In this document: positions 18,731 to 27,939 of the stretch, piece after piece
Numbering within the stretch: the first letter of the stretch is position 1
Layout: the number at the start of each line of letters is the position of its first letter
Assembly (NCBI GenBank): GCA_027491295.1
Contig: JAIXWK010000002.1
Span: forward strand, 58,032 to 122,031
Reading direction: 5' to 3'
DNA from: Microbacteriaceae bacterium
Lineage (GTDB): Bacteria > Actinomycetota > Actinomycetes > Actinomycetales > Microbacteriaceae
Length of the DNA stretch: 64,000 bases
Position numbers and translations under genes: made by a program
Notes under the pieces: generated by a model
Seen by the model: the letters and a program-made list of their open reading frames with translations, nothing else
Databases searched by the model: none
What the model was told of the DNA's origin: nothing

Positions 18731-19549
18731 CTAGCCCTCAAGAACACCGAGCGCTTTGGCTAGGTTCAGAATCTTCTCGGCACGCTTGATTCTTGGTGGG
18801 TCAGAGCCATCGCGAATCATTCCGCCGGAAGCCGTAAAGTCTTCGAAGAACTCTTGAGCCCAAACGATGTCGGACTCGGTAGGACAAATGGTTTCGTTGA
18901 TGACCACGGTTTGCTTTTCATCAAGGCAAAGCTTCCCGGTAAGGCCCAATGTGACAGCGAGCGCTGCCTGCTGCCTAAGCACCGAGTGGTTTGGTCCAAC
19001 CGTAGGTCCATCGATGGGTCCGGGTAGGTCACCGATGCGACTAGCCAAAACCAACTTGGTTCTTGGATAGCTCATGGCTAGGTCATCCGAGCTGGTGCCG
19101 GTGTCTCTTCGATAGTCACCGGATCCGAATGCCAGGCGGAAAGCACCCTTGGCTTTTGCGATCTCTACGGCATTTTCGATACCCAGGGCCGATTCCACCA
19201 GGGGAATGATAGGCAGGTGAGAGCCAAGCAGCTTGTAGGTTTGCTCGACGTTCTGACCGTCCTCGGTCTTAGCCAGCATCACACCTTTGAGACCAGGGGC
19301 TCTGCTGAGTGCAATCAAGTCATCTCGCCAAAACTCGGTGCTGGCATCGTTTACTCGGACCCAAGCGGAACCAGACTGCAGCCAATAGACCACAGCGTCT
19401 CTTGCGCGCTCTTTGTTTAGTGGGTCTACGGCATCCTCAATGTCAATGACGATCTGGTCTGCTCTTGATTCCCTGATGGCATCTAACTGCTCAGCCCTAA
19501 GGCTGTTCACCAGTAACCATGACCTGGAAATATCAGGCTGAATCGACAT
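18731..19549 (-). CDS. CitE-like / HpcH-HpaI aldolase-citrate lyase family protein
   Basis: Motifs DIEDAV, WVRVN, VMLAK, LVESALG and FGSGD. Start is ATG 19549 or 19561. Confidence 0.8.
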   Translation of the reverse strand: MSIQPDISRSWLLVNSLRAEQLDAIRESRADQIVIDIEDAVDPLNKERARDAVVYWLQSGSAWVRVNDASTEFWRDDLIALSRAPGLKGVMLAKTEDGQNVEQTYKLLGSHLPIIPLVESALGIENAVEIAKAKGAFRLAFGSGDYRRDTGTSSDDLAMSYPRTKLVLASRIGDLPGPIDGPTVGPNHSVLRQQAALAVTLGLTGKLCLDEKQTVVINETICPTESDIVWAQEFFEDFTASGGMIRDGSDPPRIKRAEKILNLAKALGVLEG

Positions 19550-19681
19550 CTCTAGCTCCATTACTGAAAGGCGTATTTGAAACACTATTGCAAGAAATTG
19601 CTGTCCGCTCCGCATTGGCTGAAAGTTGAACTCGCAACCCGGCGAACTTGCCTATGATGAGAAGTAAGCCAAGGAGCTGAA

Positions 19682-20032
19682 ATGACAGATACCAACCCAT
19701 ACGCCAGCCAAGACCTAACCCCCGGGAACGAGAAGACCCTTGCAATCGCAAGTCACTTGCTCGCAATCCCTTTTGAGTTTCTCGCCCCCGTTATCGGATA
19801 CTTTGTCTTCCGGGGCAAGGGCCCCTTCATCACTCACCACGTGCGGGAGTCACTGAACTTCGGCATCACAATGCTTTTGGTCATGGTGATTTTGGCCATC
19901 TCCATAATCGGATTGCTCATATGGTGGGTGCCGCCGATTTACTGGTTCATCATGCGCGTTATCGCTGCCATCAAGGCTGCTCAGGGTGAGTTCTACAAGT
20001 ACCCGCTAACACTGCGCTTGATTACCAAGTAA
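19682..20032 (+). CDS. DUF4870-like small membrane protein
   Basis: EK.LA..SHLL, H.RESLNF and C-terminal G..YKYPL pattern with three hydrophobic segments. Confidence 0.8.
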   Translation: MTDTNPYASQDLTPGNEKTLAIASHLLAIPFEFLAPVIGYFVFRGKGPFITHHVRESLNFGITMLLVMVILAISIIGLLIWWVPPIYWFIMRVIAAIKAAQGEFYKYPLTLRLITK

Positions 20033-20040
20033 GAATTCAT

Positions 20041-20085
20041 TAAATAAAGAACCCGCCAAGAATCACTTGGCGGGTTCTTTATTTA
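20041..20085. terminator. Bidirectional intrinsic terminator
   Basis: Perfect 20-bp inverted repeat TAAATAAAGAACCCGCCAAG / CTTGGCGGGTTCTTTATTTA with a 5-nt loop, between convergent genes. Confidence 0.85.
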
Positions 20086-20086
20086 C

Positions 20087-20890
20087 TTAGCCAACGATGG
20101 CTGGAATTATCGCTCCGGAGAATACCTGCCACGCGAGCAAGGTCTTAGCGACCAAGCTCAAGGTGATGTAGGTAGCCTCACCGAATAGGTAGTTCCTCCA
20201 AGGTCCAATCTTCTTGTACTGGAACGCCTGGTTGAAGGCAAAGGTGTTGAAGAAGATAAACAGTGCCACGATGATTCCATAAACAAATCCTGGAACCTCT
20301 GAGGCGCTAGTGGAGCCCGGCTGCAAGGTGTAGAGCACGATGATCAGCCAAGGCACGATACCGGTAATCGAGCCCATGATAAATGGCAATCCCTTGCCAT
20401 TTCCTGGAGTCTCATACTTCTCCTGCAGTGCTCCAAAGAAAATCATTGAGGCGTTCACCGCAAAGATTCCAACCAGCGCTGCAAAGTCAGAGACACCGGT
20501 TAGCTGGGCAATCAACCAAATCATGATTGAGGAGGACAGTGAGTACTCAACCCAGCGGAAGTAGTTGTGGTTCTTCTCAAGCCCTGCTTTGTAGCGGGGG
20601 AAGAACGTCGGTGAGGAAATCAAGAAGTGGAATAGTGCGGATAGCGCTAAGAACGCAACCACACCTGCACCAAGGTTGATCTCAAACAGCACGACGCGGT
20701 CGGTTGGCAGGTCAAACCCCGGAGGTCCCGTTGGGTAATCCAGGGTGGTTGGAAAAAGAATCTGGTTGTCTAACAGAGTCAAGACATAACCCAGACCAAC
20801 AGCCTGAATCAGGTGCAGAAATCCTGCAACTACGTTGTAACGGCGAAGTCCGGAGATGTGTTGGGAGGTTGTTCTTTGTTTCTTGGCCAT
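20087..20890 (-). CDS. Heliorhodopsin (HeR)
   Basis: Seven hydrophobic segments, basic N-terminus (MAKKQR..LRRYN), N..G.LH, SALFH, RWVEYSLSS (Glu counterion) and LSLVAK (retinal Lys). Confidence 0.95.
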   Translation of the reverse strand: MAKKQRTTSQHISGLRRYNVVAGFLHLIQAVGLGYVLTLLDNQILFPTTLDYPTGPPGFDLPTDRVVLFEINLGAGVVAFLALSALFHFLISSPTFFPRYKAGLEKNHNYFRWVEYSLSSSIMIWLIAQLTGVSDFAALVGIFAVNASMIFFGALQEKYETPGNGKGLPFIMGSITGIVPWLIIVLYTLQPGSTSASEVPGFVYGIIVALFIFFNTFAFNQAFQYKKIGPWRNYLFGEATYITLSLVAKTLLAWQVFSGAIIPAIVG

Positions 20891-20986
20891 AGCGGCCTCC
20901 TTATTGAAGTTAGCTAAACACTATGCCCTCATGGGTAATTCAGCCCTCTAGGGTGAGCTCCAAACTAGGTAACTAGCCTGCGCGGA

Positions 20987-21253
20987 TTACTTAGTACCGC
21001 GATTGCGGGCGAAGAAGCTCTTTACCTTGGCGGCAATTCGCTCTAGCCCTTGAAGGCCCTGCTTGTTGAGCTCTCTTGCCCACTCGATTTCTAGCGCAAG
21101 AATCGAAAGTCCAAAGAATATGAATAGCAGTCCTGGGCCCGGGGTAACCATCATGATCAGGCCAAGAATCAAAAGCACAAAACCGACCACCATGGTTAGC
21201 GCCCACCTGACCGGATGAGGCAACTTGGCAAGGAATGCTTTGATCTTTTCCAC
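20987..21253 (-). CDS. PGPGW-domain small membrane protein
   Basis: TPGPG.L....GL.ILA.E.EWA motif. Confidence 0.8.
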   Translation of the reverse strand: MEKIKAFLAKLPHPVRWALTMVVGFVLLILGLIMMVTPGPGLLFIFFGLSILALEIEWARELNKQGLQGLERIAAKVKSFFARNRGTK

Positions 21254-21326
21254 GATCTTTACCTTCTGACTATTGCTTTAAATCTAATACGACTAGATGT
21301 TTATTCGATGTGATTGCCAAGGCTCG

Positions 21327-21770
21327 TTAGCCAAGCTTGAGGGCGAGCACAACCTGTCCGCCACCGGCGGTTATCTGAGTGCTGAGGTTTAGCTCGGGAG
21401 CCAGTCTGCTGATTCGATCCAACAGCCAATCGGAGGCCAGCTCAGCATCTTGCTGATCTGGACAGCGAGCAATTATCTCTCGGCCACCTTTTTTGCGAAG
21501 TCTTTCAACAGTCTCAAAAATTGGAGATGGGTCAACCACTAAAAGGTCTTTTGGCCATGGCACCAGTGGAGAGATTTTGCCCTTCATGGTGTTGCACTGA
21601 CGATGAGCTAAACGCTCCACAAAGTCAGCGCCTTTTTTGACTCGAATGGCACCGTAGCTATCGACGCTAGGTCCCTGGTCGTTGTTGACTGAAAGGTCAG
21701 GGTCCACCGGCTTATCGCACAGCCAGCAAATCCAGTTGTCCTGGTCACCAACGGCATTTAGATCACTCAT
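21327..21770 (-). CDS. HNH-like zinc-ribbon protein, probably catalytically degenerate
   Basis: WICWLC...SVDS...LAHRQCNTMKG; the usual DH is replaced by DS. Confidence 0.55.
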   Translation of the reverse strand: MSDLNAVGDQDNWICWLCDKPVDPDLSVNNDQGPSVDSYGAIRVKKGADFVERLAHRQCNTMKGKISPLVPWPKDLLVVDPSPIFETVERLRKKGGREIIARCPDQQDAELASDWLLDRISRLAPELNLSTQITAGGGQVVLALKLG

Positions 21771-21828
21771 AGGAAAAGACTAGAGCAGCCCATCAAATAA
21801 AGACGAGCTGCTCTAGTAAGTGCTTTAT

Positions 21829-23061
21829 CTAGACCAGTTTGTGAAGCTTGAGTTTGATGCCAACCATTACTGCGGCAAACATCACGGCACCAAAGACCCA
21901 ACCGGCCAAAGAGAAGGCCTGGATCCCAGATAGCAGCACACCGATGGTGCAGCCAAGCGAAATCATGGCTCCCCAACCCAGCAGGACCCCGCCCAATAAC
22001 CCCGAGGCTGAGCCCTTTAGGCTCAGCGGTTCGATCTTGAATCTTCCTCCAGCCAAAGCGGCGGCGAATGAGGCAACCACGATGCCAAGAATGATCCAGC
22101 CGTTATTGGTGATGGTCTCAGAAATGATTCCGACACAGCCGGCCAGGGCATCCAGTCCATTTAAAGTCTCAGGCAAGAGTGCCTGGGAGTCCAACAATGT
22201 CCTAGTGGTTGTTCCAATCTGCCTGGTCACGCCAAGTGGTTCGATTCTTAGGTACGCGAAGGTGCCGATCAGGCCCACGAGCGCACCGGTGATAGCCGGC
22301 GACCAGCGTTTACGGAACAGCGAGTAGCCAATCGCCGAGATGGTGAACGGGTTCTCGATGGTCGCGTAGTTGCGGTCTTGCTTCTTGGTAAACCTAAGTG
22401 TCACCAGCACCAGGATTCCGATAGCTACCAAGGTCAGAATCAGAGATCCGTTGTAGCCGAGGTGATCGGGAAGCCAGACCACTGGAGCTTGCTGAATTTG
22501 ACTTAGGTAAAGGTCATTCCAGCCCAAAAGCGCTAGCCCAAATCCAATCACAACACCAAACAGCGATGGGATTGCCCTCAGGGAACCCTGGCCAATTCGA
22601 TACAGATGACCCGCGATGCAGGCACCGGAAAGGACCATGCCGAAACCAAAGGCTGCAGCCCCTGCAACCAATGCCCAGCTAATTGGGCCAATGTGCGCAG
22701 CCGGTGGCAGGTACTCACCATTTGGCACGGGAAGGAACAATGCGAAGACTATGGAGTAGCCGGTGGCACCGGTGGCCAAAGCGACAAAGATGCTGATTAG
22801 ACCTGTGGTGACTCCGTTTTCGATAGCGTCTCGGAAGATGCAAAAGAAGCAAAATCTGCCACGCTCGAAGATGATTCCAAGGGAAATTCCGATAAGCAGC
22901 GAGAGCGCGGCGGGGCTTCCAAACTTCGGATCGTTTCCTAGTGAGGTGGCCAGCGCGATTAGGGCAGCAACAATGGCCAGGCCAACAACGCTCTTTAAGA
23001 TTTCGCCCCTGGTCCAGATATAACGTGAATCAGTGACCTCCTTACGGAGGTCACTGACCAC
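21829..23061 (-). CDS. YeeE/YedE family sulfur-compound (thiosulfate) transporter
   Basis: Motifs RGRFCFF, FGFGMVLSGAC..G and GAMISLGCTIG, with about 9-10 TM segments. Start uncertain; GTG 23061 chosen so it does not overlap the rhodanese gene. Confidence 0.85.
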   Translation of the reverse strand: MVSDLRKEVTDSRYIWTRGEILKSVVGLAIVAALIALATSLGNDPKFGSPAALSLLIGISLGIIFERGRFCFFCIFRDAIENGVTTGLISIFVALATGATGYSIVFALFLPVPNGEYLPPAAHIGPISWALVAGAAAFGFGMVLSGACIAGHLYRIGQGSLRAIPSLFGVVIGFGLALLGWNDLYLSQIQQAPVVWLPDHLGYNGSLILTLVAIGILVLVTLRFTKKQDRNYATIENPFTISAIGYSLFRKRWSPAITGALVGLIGTFAYLRIEPLGVTRQIGTTTRTLLDSQALLPETLNGLDALAGCVGIISETITNNGWIILGIVVASFAAALAGGRFKIEPLSLKGSASGLLGGVLLGWGAMISLGCTIGVLLSGIQAFSLAGWVFGAVMFAAVMVGIKLKLHKLV

Positions 23062-23081
23062 TGAATTGCTAGGGGAAGACA

Positions 23082-24047
23082 CTACTTCTTGCCCCACACA
23101 GTGCCGGCTGGGTTCTCGATTGGAACACCAACCGAGTTGCCGTACTCGGTCCAAGAACCGTCGTAAAGCTTGACGTTGTAGCCAAGGATCTGGCTTAGCA
23201 CGAACCAGCTGTGGCTGGCACGCTCGCCGATGCGGCAGTAAGTGATAACTGGCTTCTTGCCGTCAATGCCTGCGGCCTTGTAAAGGGCAATTAGATCTGC
23301 CTTGCTCTTGAATGTTCCATCGGCGTTCAAGGTGCTCTTCCAGCCTACGTTTACCGCCGTTGGGATGTGTCCGGCGCGAACTGCGAGCTCGTCAAAACCA
23401 GCTGGAGCGAAGATTTTTCCGTTGAACTCATCTGTTGAGCGGATATCTACCAGCTTGGAAGTGGACTGCTTCTTCGCAACCTTCACAACCTCTGGCAAGA
23501 ATGCACGTAGCTTGGCATCAGCGGTTGCTGCGGTGAAGTTTCCCTTGGCTGGGTTTGGAACGATTGGGGTAAGTGCACGACCGTCCTTTTCCCACTTTGC
23601 GCGACCGCCGTCTAGGAGGCGAACATCCTTAGCGCCGTAGAGCTTGAAAATCCAAGCGCCCCAGGCTGCAAACCAGTTGCTGTTGTCACCATAGAGAACA
23701 ACGATGCTATCCTTATTGATGCCTGCGGACTGAACCAACTTGGTGAAGTCGGCCTTGGACGCAACGTCGCGGTTCACGGTGTCAACCAAGTCTGTGTGCC
23801 AGCGGAATTCGAATGCGCCCTGAATGTGACCGCGAGCGTAAGCACCCTCCTCAACAGTCACCTCGATGAGCTTGACCTTTGGGTTGGTGAGGTTGGTGCT
23901 TAGCCAGTCGGCGGAAACCACCGCGTTCGGGTTTGCAGCAGCGCTAGCCGGTGCAGCACCGATACCGATAAGGGAAAGGGAAGCGATAGCAGCTCCCGCG
24001 ATGAAAGAAACGAGCTTCTTCCTGAAGCTCTTGACGGTGTAACTCAT
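23082..24047 (-). CDS. Tandem-domain rhodanese/thiosulfate sulfurtransferase with an N-terminal signal peptide
   Basis: Motifs GHIQGA, LLDGG, GHIP.A, YCRIGERAS and YDGSWTEY. The N-terminus is basic, then hydrophobic, then APASA-AA. Confidence 0.9.
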   Translation of the reverse strand: MSYTVKSFRKKLVSFIAGAAIASLSLIGIGAAPASAAANPNAVVSADWLSTNLTNPKVKLIEVTVEEGAYARGHIQGAFEFRWHTDLVDTVNRDVASKADFTKLVQSAGINKDSIVVLYGDNSNWFAAWGAWIFKLYGAKDVRLLDGGRAKWEKDGRALTPIVPNPAKGNFTAATADAKLRAFLPEVVKVAKKQSTSKLVDIRSTDEFNGKIFAPAGFDELAVRAGHIPTAVNVGWKSTLNADGTFKSKADLIALYKAAGIDGKKPVITYCRIGERASHSWFVLSQILGYNVKLYDGSWTEYGNSVGVPIENPAGTVWGKK

Positions 24048-24201
24048 TTGTATCTCCTGTTGTTTGGTCTGCCGTGTCAGTGATTCTTGACAGCTGAGAC
24101 ATACAAAAACAGGAAATTGGAAATGTCACAAATAGGTCGGTAACAGTTGGTCAACCTTGGTAATAAAACTTCACAAACCGCTTACGGATTGACCGAAAGC
24201 A

Positions 24202-25356
24202 CTAATCGTCGTCGCCCTCTTCACGATCTTCGCCCTCTCCTGCAGGCACGGATGCCTGAGGGAGGGTTCCGGTTGCGCCGGCCGCAGCGGTCGAGAGAGC
24301 GCCTAGCTTGAAGCCATCGAGCGTGTTATTTGGTCTCGATGCACCAGCGTGCTGACCGGAGAAAGCTGCGGTCCCGTCCTTGCCACAGATTGCCTTAATC
24401 ACACTTGCCCCACCCGGGTGGGAAGAAACATATGGAGTTAGGTCATAAACGTTTTTGTTTACTACCGACCAGCAGTCCGTTCCGGTGTTGTGCTTTGCGA
24501 GCTCGGCTGCGGTGTAGGTGCCTGGCTGAGCGCTTGGGCTAGTAGGGGTTGTAGTTGGCTCGGTTGTTGGCGCTGCACTTGGATCGCTCGGTGCAACATC
24601 CCCCGCATAGACACCGATTGCAAGACCTGCTAGCTCGCTCGCAGGTCGCTGCTGTCCGCCATGCTGCGTCTTGAATGCGGCTGTCGCATCAATGCCGCAA
24701 AGGTTTGTCAGCGCACCAGCGCCACCTGGGTGCTGTTGAATGTATGGGGTCAGGTCGTAAACAGTCTGATCAATAACGGTCCAGCAGTCATCTGGAGAGG
24801 CGTGTTTTGCGACCTCAGTGAGCGTTATGCCCTCAACTTCAGCGGTTGGCTCAGTCGAAGGGCTTGGCAAAGCGGTAGGGGTTTCATAGGGTGCGATTCG
24901 GCTCGCCCAGGTTGCTTCAGCACCTGAGTGCCCAACAAAGTAGGTCAGCGTCGATACCGAGATGATGCCGGCTAAAGCCAAGCCTGCTGCAGCCTGTAAT
25001 TGCCACTTAGGCCTGTCCTTGCGCTGCAGAAAGTAGAAGGTGATTCCGAGAGCTAGCAGCCCGACCGATGCCGGAAAAAGAATTGTTCCAAGAGCTTCAT
25101 GGGTCTGTGGGGCTCCGATTCGCTCACTTAGTGCCTCGCCAGATTCTTTGGCGATGTAGGTGAATACGGTCGAGAGTCCAAGCCCGATCAAGGTGAGGGG
25201 GAAGAAGCTTTTGCGCCACTTAGGTGCAAAAATCAAAATTGCGAGCGCTAGTGCCGAAAGCGGAAGTAGCACGACTGCGCCGTGAACGGCGAGTGGATGG
25301 ACTGGTAATCCACCGAAGGTGTCTAGCAGGGATGAGGTGTTCAATGATCGAGCCAT
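24202..25356 (-). CDS. DUF2231-like membrane domain fused to two cytochrome-b5-like heme-binding domains
   Basis: HPLAVH, HEALG and GHSGA in a 4-TM region. Two b5 repeats (EVAKH...DCW.V....VYDLT.Y...HPGG......CG.D.T.AF..QH) joined by Pro/Thr linkers. Confidence 0.8.
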   Translation of the reverse strand: MARSLNTSSLLDTFGGLPVHPLAVHGAVVLLPLSALALAILIFAPKWRKSFFPLTLIGLGLSTVFTYIAKESGEALSERIGAPQTHEALGTILFPASVGLLALGITFYFLQRKDRPKWQLQAAAGLALAGIISVSTLTYFVGHSGAEATWASRIAPYETPTALPSPSTEPTAEVEGITLTEVAKHASPDDCWTVIDQTVYDLTPYIQQHPGGAGALTNLCGIDATAAFKTQHGGQQRPASELAGLAIGVYAGDVAPSDPSAAPTTEPTTTPTSPSAQPGTYTAAELAKHNTGTDCWSVVNKNVYDLTPYVSSHPGGASVIKAICGKDGTAAFSGQHAGASRPNNTLDGFKLGALSTAAAGATGTLPQASVPAGEGEDREEGDDD

Positions 25357-25470
25357 AACTAAAAACTACTCTCCATTTCTGGGAGTTGTCTGGACTAAGG
25401 CTGTGACAATCCGGCAGGGAATTCGATTTCCCTAAACCCTAGACTTGTGGCCAAACGAGATCGGTGAAAC

Positions 25471-26862
25471 ATGTTTCCAAAAGACTTCCTTTGGGGTGTT
25501 GCAACCTCCAGCTACCAAATCGAAGGCGCTGCTTACGAAGACGGTAAGGGTAAGTCAATCTGGGACACCTTCTGCGAAGAGCCGGGTCGTGTAAACAACG
25601 GCGACCACGGACTAACCGCAAACGATCACTACCACCGCTATGCAGATGACGTAGCCCTTATGAAGTCACTTGAGGCTCAGGCCTACCGCTTCTCTATCTC
25701 TTGGCCAAGACTCTTCCCTAACGGCGATGAGGTTCGCGAGGACCGGGGTTTTGCTTTTTACCACAAGCTCATCGACGAGCTAGAGCAGGCCGGCATTGAG
25801 CCGGTGCTAACGCTTTACCACTGGGATTTGCCACAGGCGCTGCAGGACAAAGGCGGCTGGGCAAATCGCGATATCGTGAAAGCGTTTGAATACTATGCCC
25901 AAGAAGTTGCCAAGGAATTTGGTCACCGCGTAAAACGCTTCTCACCAATCAACGAACCTTGGGTAGTAGCTTGGCTCGGCTACGGAATGGGCGTGCACGC
26001 ACCTGGTATTCAAGATGTTGCTCAGGCCGTTGCCGCATCCCATCACACAGTTATGGCTCACAACGCAGCGCTCAAGGCCATTAAGCGTGTTGCGCCAACC
26101 GCTTTGGTTGGGCCAGTTCTAAACCAGGCGATGCCTGATGTCGACGATTTTTTTGACCCGGAGCAGATTCACGCCGCCAAGGTAATGGATGCCCAGCAGA
26201 ACCTGTTTTGGATGGATGGCATTTTCCGCGGAGAGTACCCAGAACTTGCTTGGGAGATGTATGGAGATCACCTAAAGAAAGTGGTTCAACCAGGGGACCT
26301 TGAAGTCGTTGAAAACGACTGGCTCGGCATCAACTACTACTTCAATGCGCGCATTGGACACCGAGTTTCAAAGGATCACTTCTCGCGCGCGAGGGTTATT
26401 GACCAGCTAATGGATTACGCGGTAGAGGCTCAGTCACAGGGACCTCTGACCGACATGGGTTGGCCGGTAACTCCATACGGAATTGGCGACCTACTGGTGC
26501 GCTGGACGCGCGAGTATGGCTCTCTGGTGCCGCAGATGTTCATCACTGAGAACGGCTGTGCGTATCAGACTGGACCGGATGCCAATGGAGTGGTTGATGA
26601 CCAACAGCGCATCCAGTACCTAAACGATCACCTTTACAGCGTTCAAGATGCGATTAGTCGCGGGGCTGATGTTGGTGGCTATTTCCAGTGGTCGCTAATG
26701 GACAACTTCGAATGGGCAGAGGGCTACGACAAGCGCTTCGGAATCGTCTATGTCGACTTTGATACCCAAGAGCGAATCCCGAAGGAATCAGCCAAGTTCT
26801 ATTCCCAGGTGATCAAAACCTCGGGCGCGAACCTGACCGTGCGCCAAAGCAAAGTCTCCTAA
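25471..26862 (+). CDS. Glycoside hydrolase family 1 beta-glucosidase
   Basis: Motifs FLWGVATSSYQIEG, YRFSISWPR, TLYHWDLP, NEP, ITENG, WSLMDNFEW and RFGIVYVD. Confidence 0.95.
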   Translation: MFPKDFLWGVATSSYQIEGAAYEDGKGKSIWDTFCEEPGRVNNGDHGLTANDHYHRYADDVALMKSLEAQAYRFSISWPRLFPNGDEVREDRGFAFYHKLIDELEQAGIEPVLTLYHWDLPQALQDKGGWANRDIVKAFEYYAQEVAKEFGHRVKRFSPINEPWVVAWLGYGMGVHAPGIQDVAQAVAASHHTVMAHNAALKAIKRVAPTALVGPVLNQAMPDVDDFFDPEQIHAAKVMDAQQNLFWMDGIFRGEYPELAWEMYGDHLKKVVQPGDLEVVENDWLGINYYFNARIGHRVSKDHFSRARVIDQLMDYAVEAQSQGPLTDMGWPVTPYGIGDLLVRWTREYGSLVPQMFITENGCAYQTGPDANGVVDDQQRIQYLNDHLYSVQDAISRGADVGGYFQWSLMDNFEWAEGYDKRFGIVYVDFDTQERIPKESAKFYSQVIKTSGANLTVRQSKVS

Positions 26863-26889
26863 GAAACTAGCTCTCGGGGCAAAAGTGCG

Positions 26890-27939
26890 TCAAAGAGGTA
26901 AATGCTTCCTCGCGGTATTTGGATAGAAGTTCACGGCTCCGCGGACCCAAACCGTCACGCGCATGCCAACCTCAGGAGCGAATGGCCCATTCGATCTAGC
27001 ACGAACCTTTTGACTTGGGGTTTGGACCTCAACAACGGCATCGTGACCGAAGAAGACTCGACCAATGACCTCGGAGTCACCATTTGGATTTGGCTGCAGG
27101 TAGAAGTTCTCACTGCGAACCGCAACCACACCTTTTTGACCATCTTCAATATGGTTCAACGCGGTTAGCTTGCCCAGGGAGGTGTGAACCTTGCCATCCA
27201 CCACCTCGCCATCAATCAAGACTGAGTCTCCTAGGAAGGTTGCGATCCCGAGGTCAGCTGGGGCGTTGTAGATCTCAGTTGGAGTTCCAACCTGAATGAT
27301 CGTTCCAGATCTCATAATCGCAACCCGGTCAGCCAATGAAAGTGCTTCTTCCTGATCGTGAGTCACCAAGATCGCTGTTGCTCCCTCGGCCTTCAGAGCT
27401 GCTTTCACCTCGAGCCGCAACACCTCGCGCAATTCGGCGTCAAGTGCGCTGAATGGCTCATCAAGCAAAACAAGTGCCGGCTTATTGGCAAGTGCTCTTG
27501 CCAGGGCAACGCGCTGGGCCTGACCGCCAGAGAGTTGATCCGGTGTGCGATCAGCAAACTCTTCCATTCGAACAAGTTTTAGTAGCTCCAAGACCCTGGC
27601 CTGCTTCTCCGCCTTGCCCAAGCCCCTAAGTCCAAACTCGATGTTACCTGAAACCGTTAGGTGAGGAAAAAGTGCTGCGTCTTGAGGCACGATGCCGATT
27701 CCGCGACGTTCGGGCGCGGTCAAAGCCTCAGCGCTTGAGACCTTCTGACCGCTCAGCCAAATCTCGCCGGCACTAGGAGCTTCAAAGCCAGCAATCAAGC
27801 GAAGCAAAGTTGATTTTCCTGCACCGCTGGCACCTAAGACCGCAATCAACTCTTTTTGCTCAACTGAAAGATTCACGTCGTGGAGAATCTCTTGCCCGCC
27901 AAAGCTGACCGAGAGATTCTTGATCTGAAGCTGCGTCAT
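26890..27939 (-). CDS. Fe3+ ABC transporter ATP-binding subunit (FbpC-like)
   Basis: Motifs GASGAGKS, LSGGQAQR, LLDEPF and VTHD. True start is ATG 27939, overlapping the permease stop (ATGA). Confidence 0.85.
   Translation of the reverse strand: MTQLQIKNLSVSFGGQEILHDVNLSVEQKELIAVLGASGAGKSTLLRLIAGFEAPSAGEIWLSGQKVSSAEALTAPERRGIGIVPQDAALFPHLTVSGNIEFGLRGLGKAEKQARVLELLKLVRMEEFADRTPDQLSGGQAQRVALARALANKPALVLLDEPFSALDAELREVLRLEVKAALKAEGATAILVTHDQEEALSLADRVAIMRSGTIIQVGTPTEIYNAPADLGIATFLGDSVLIDGEVVDGKVHTSLGKLTALNHIEDGQKGVVAVRSENFYLQPNPNGDSEVIGRVFFGHDAVVEVQTPSQKVRARSNGPFAPEVGMRVTVWVRGAVNFYPNTARKHLPL

Noticed and set aside
21327-21770. HNH-like gene as a homing endonuclease or mobile element
   Set aside because: No intron, terminal repeats or phage context, and the catalytic His appears to be missing.
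23062-23154. N-terminal extension of YeeE
   Set aside because: It overlaps the rhodanese 3' end and is not protein-like.
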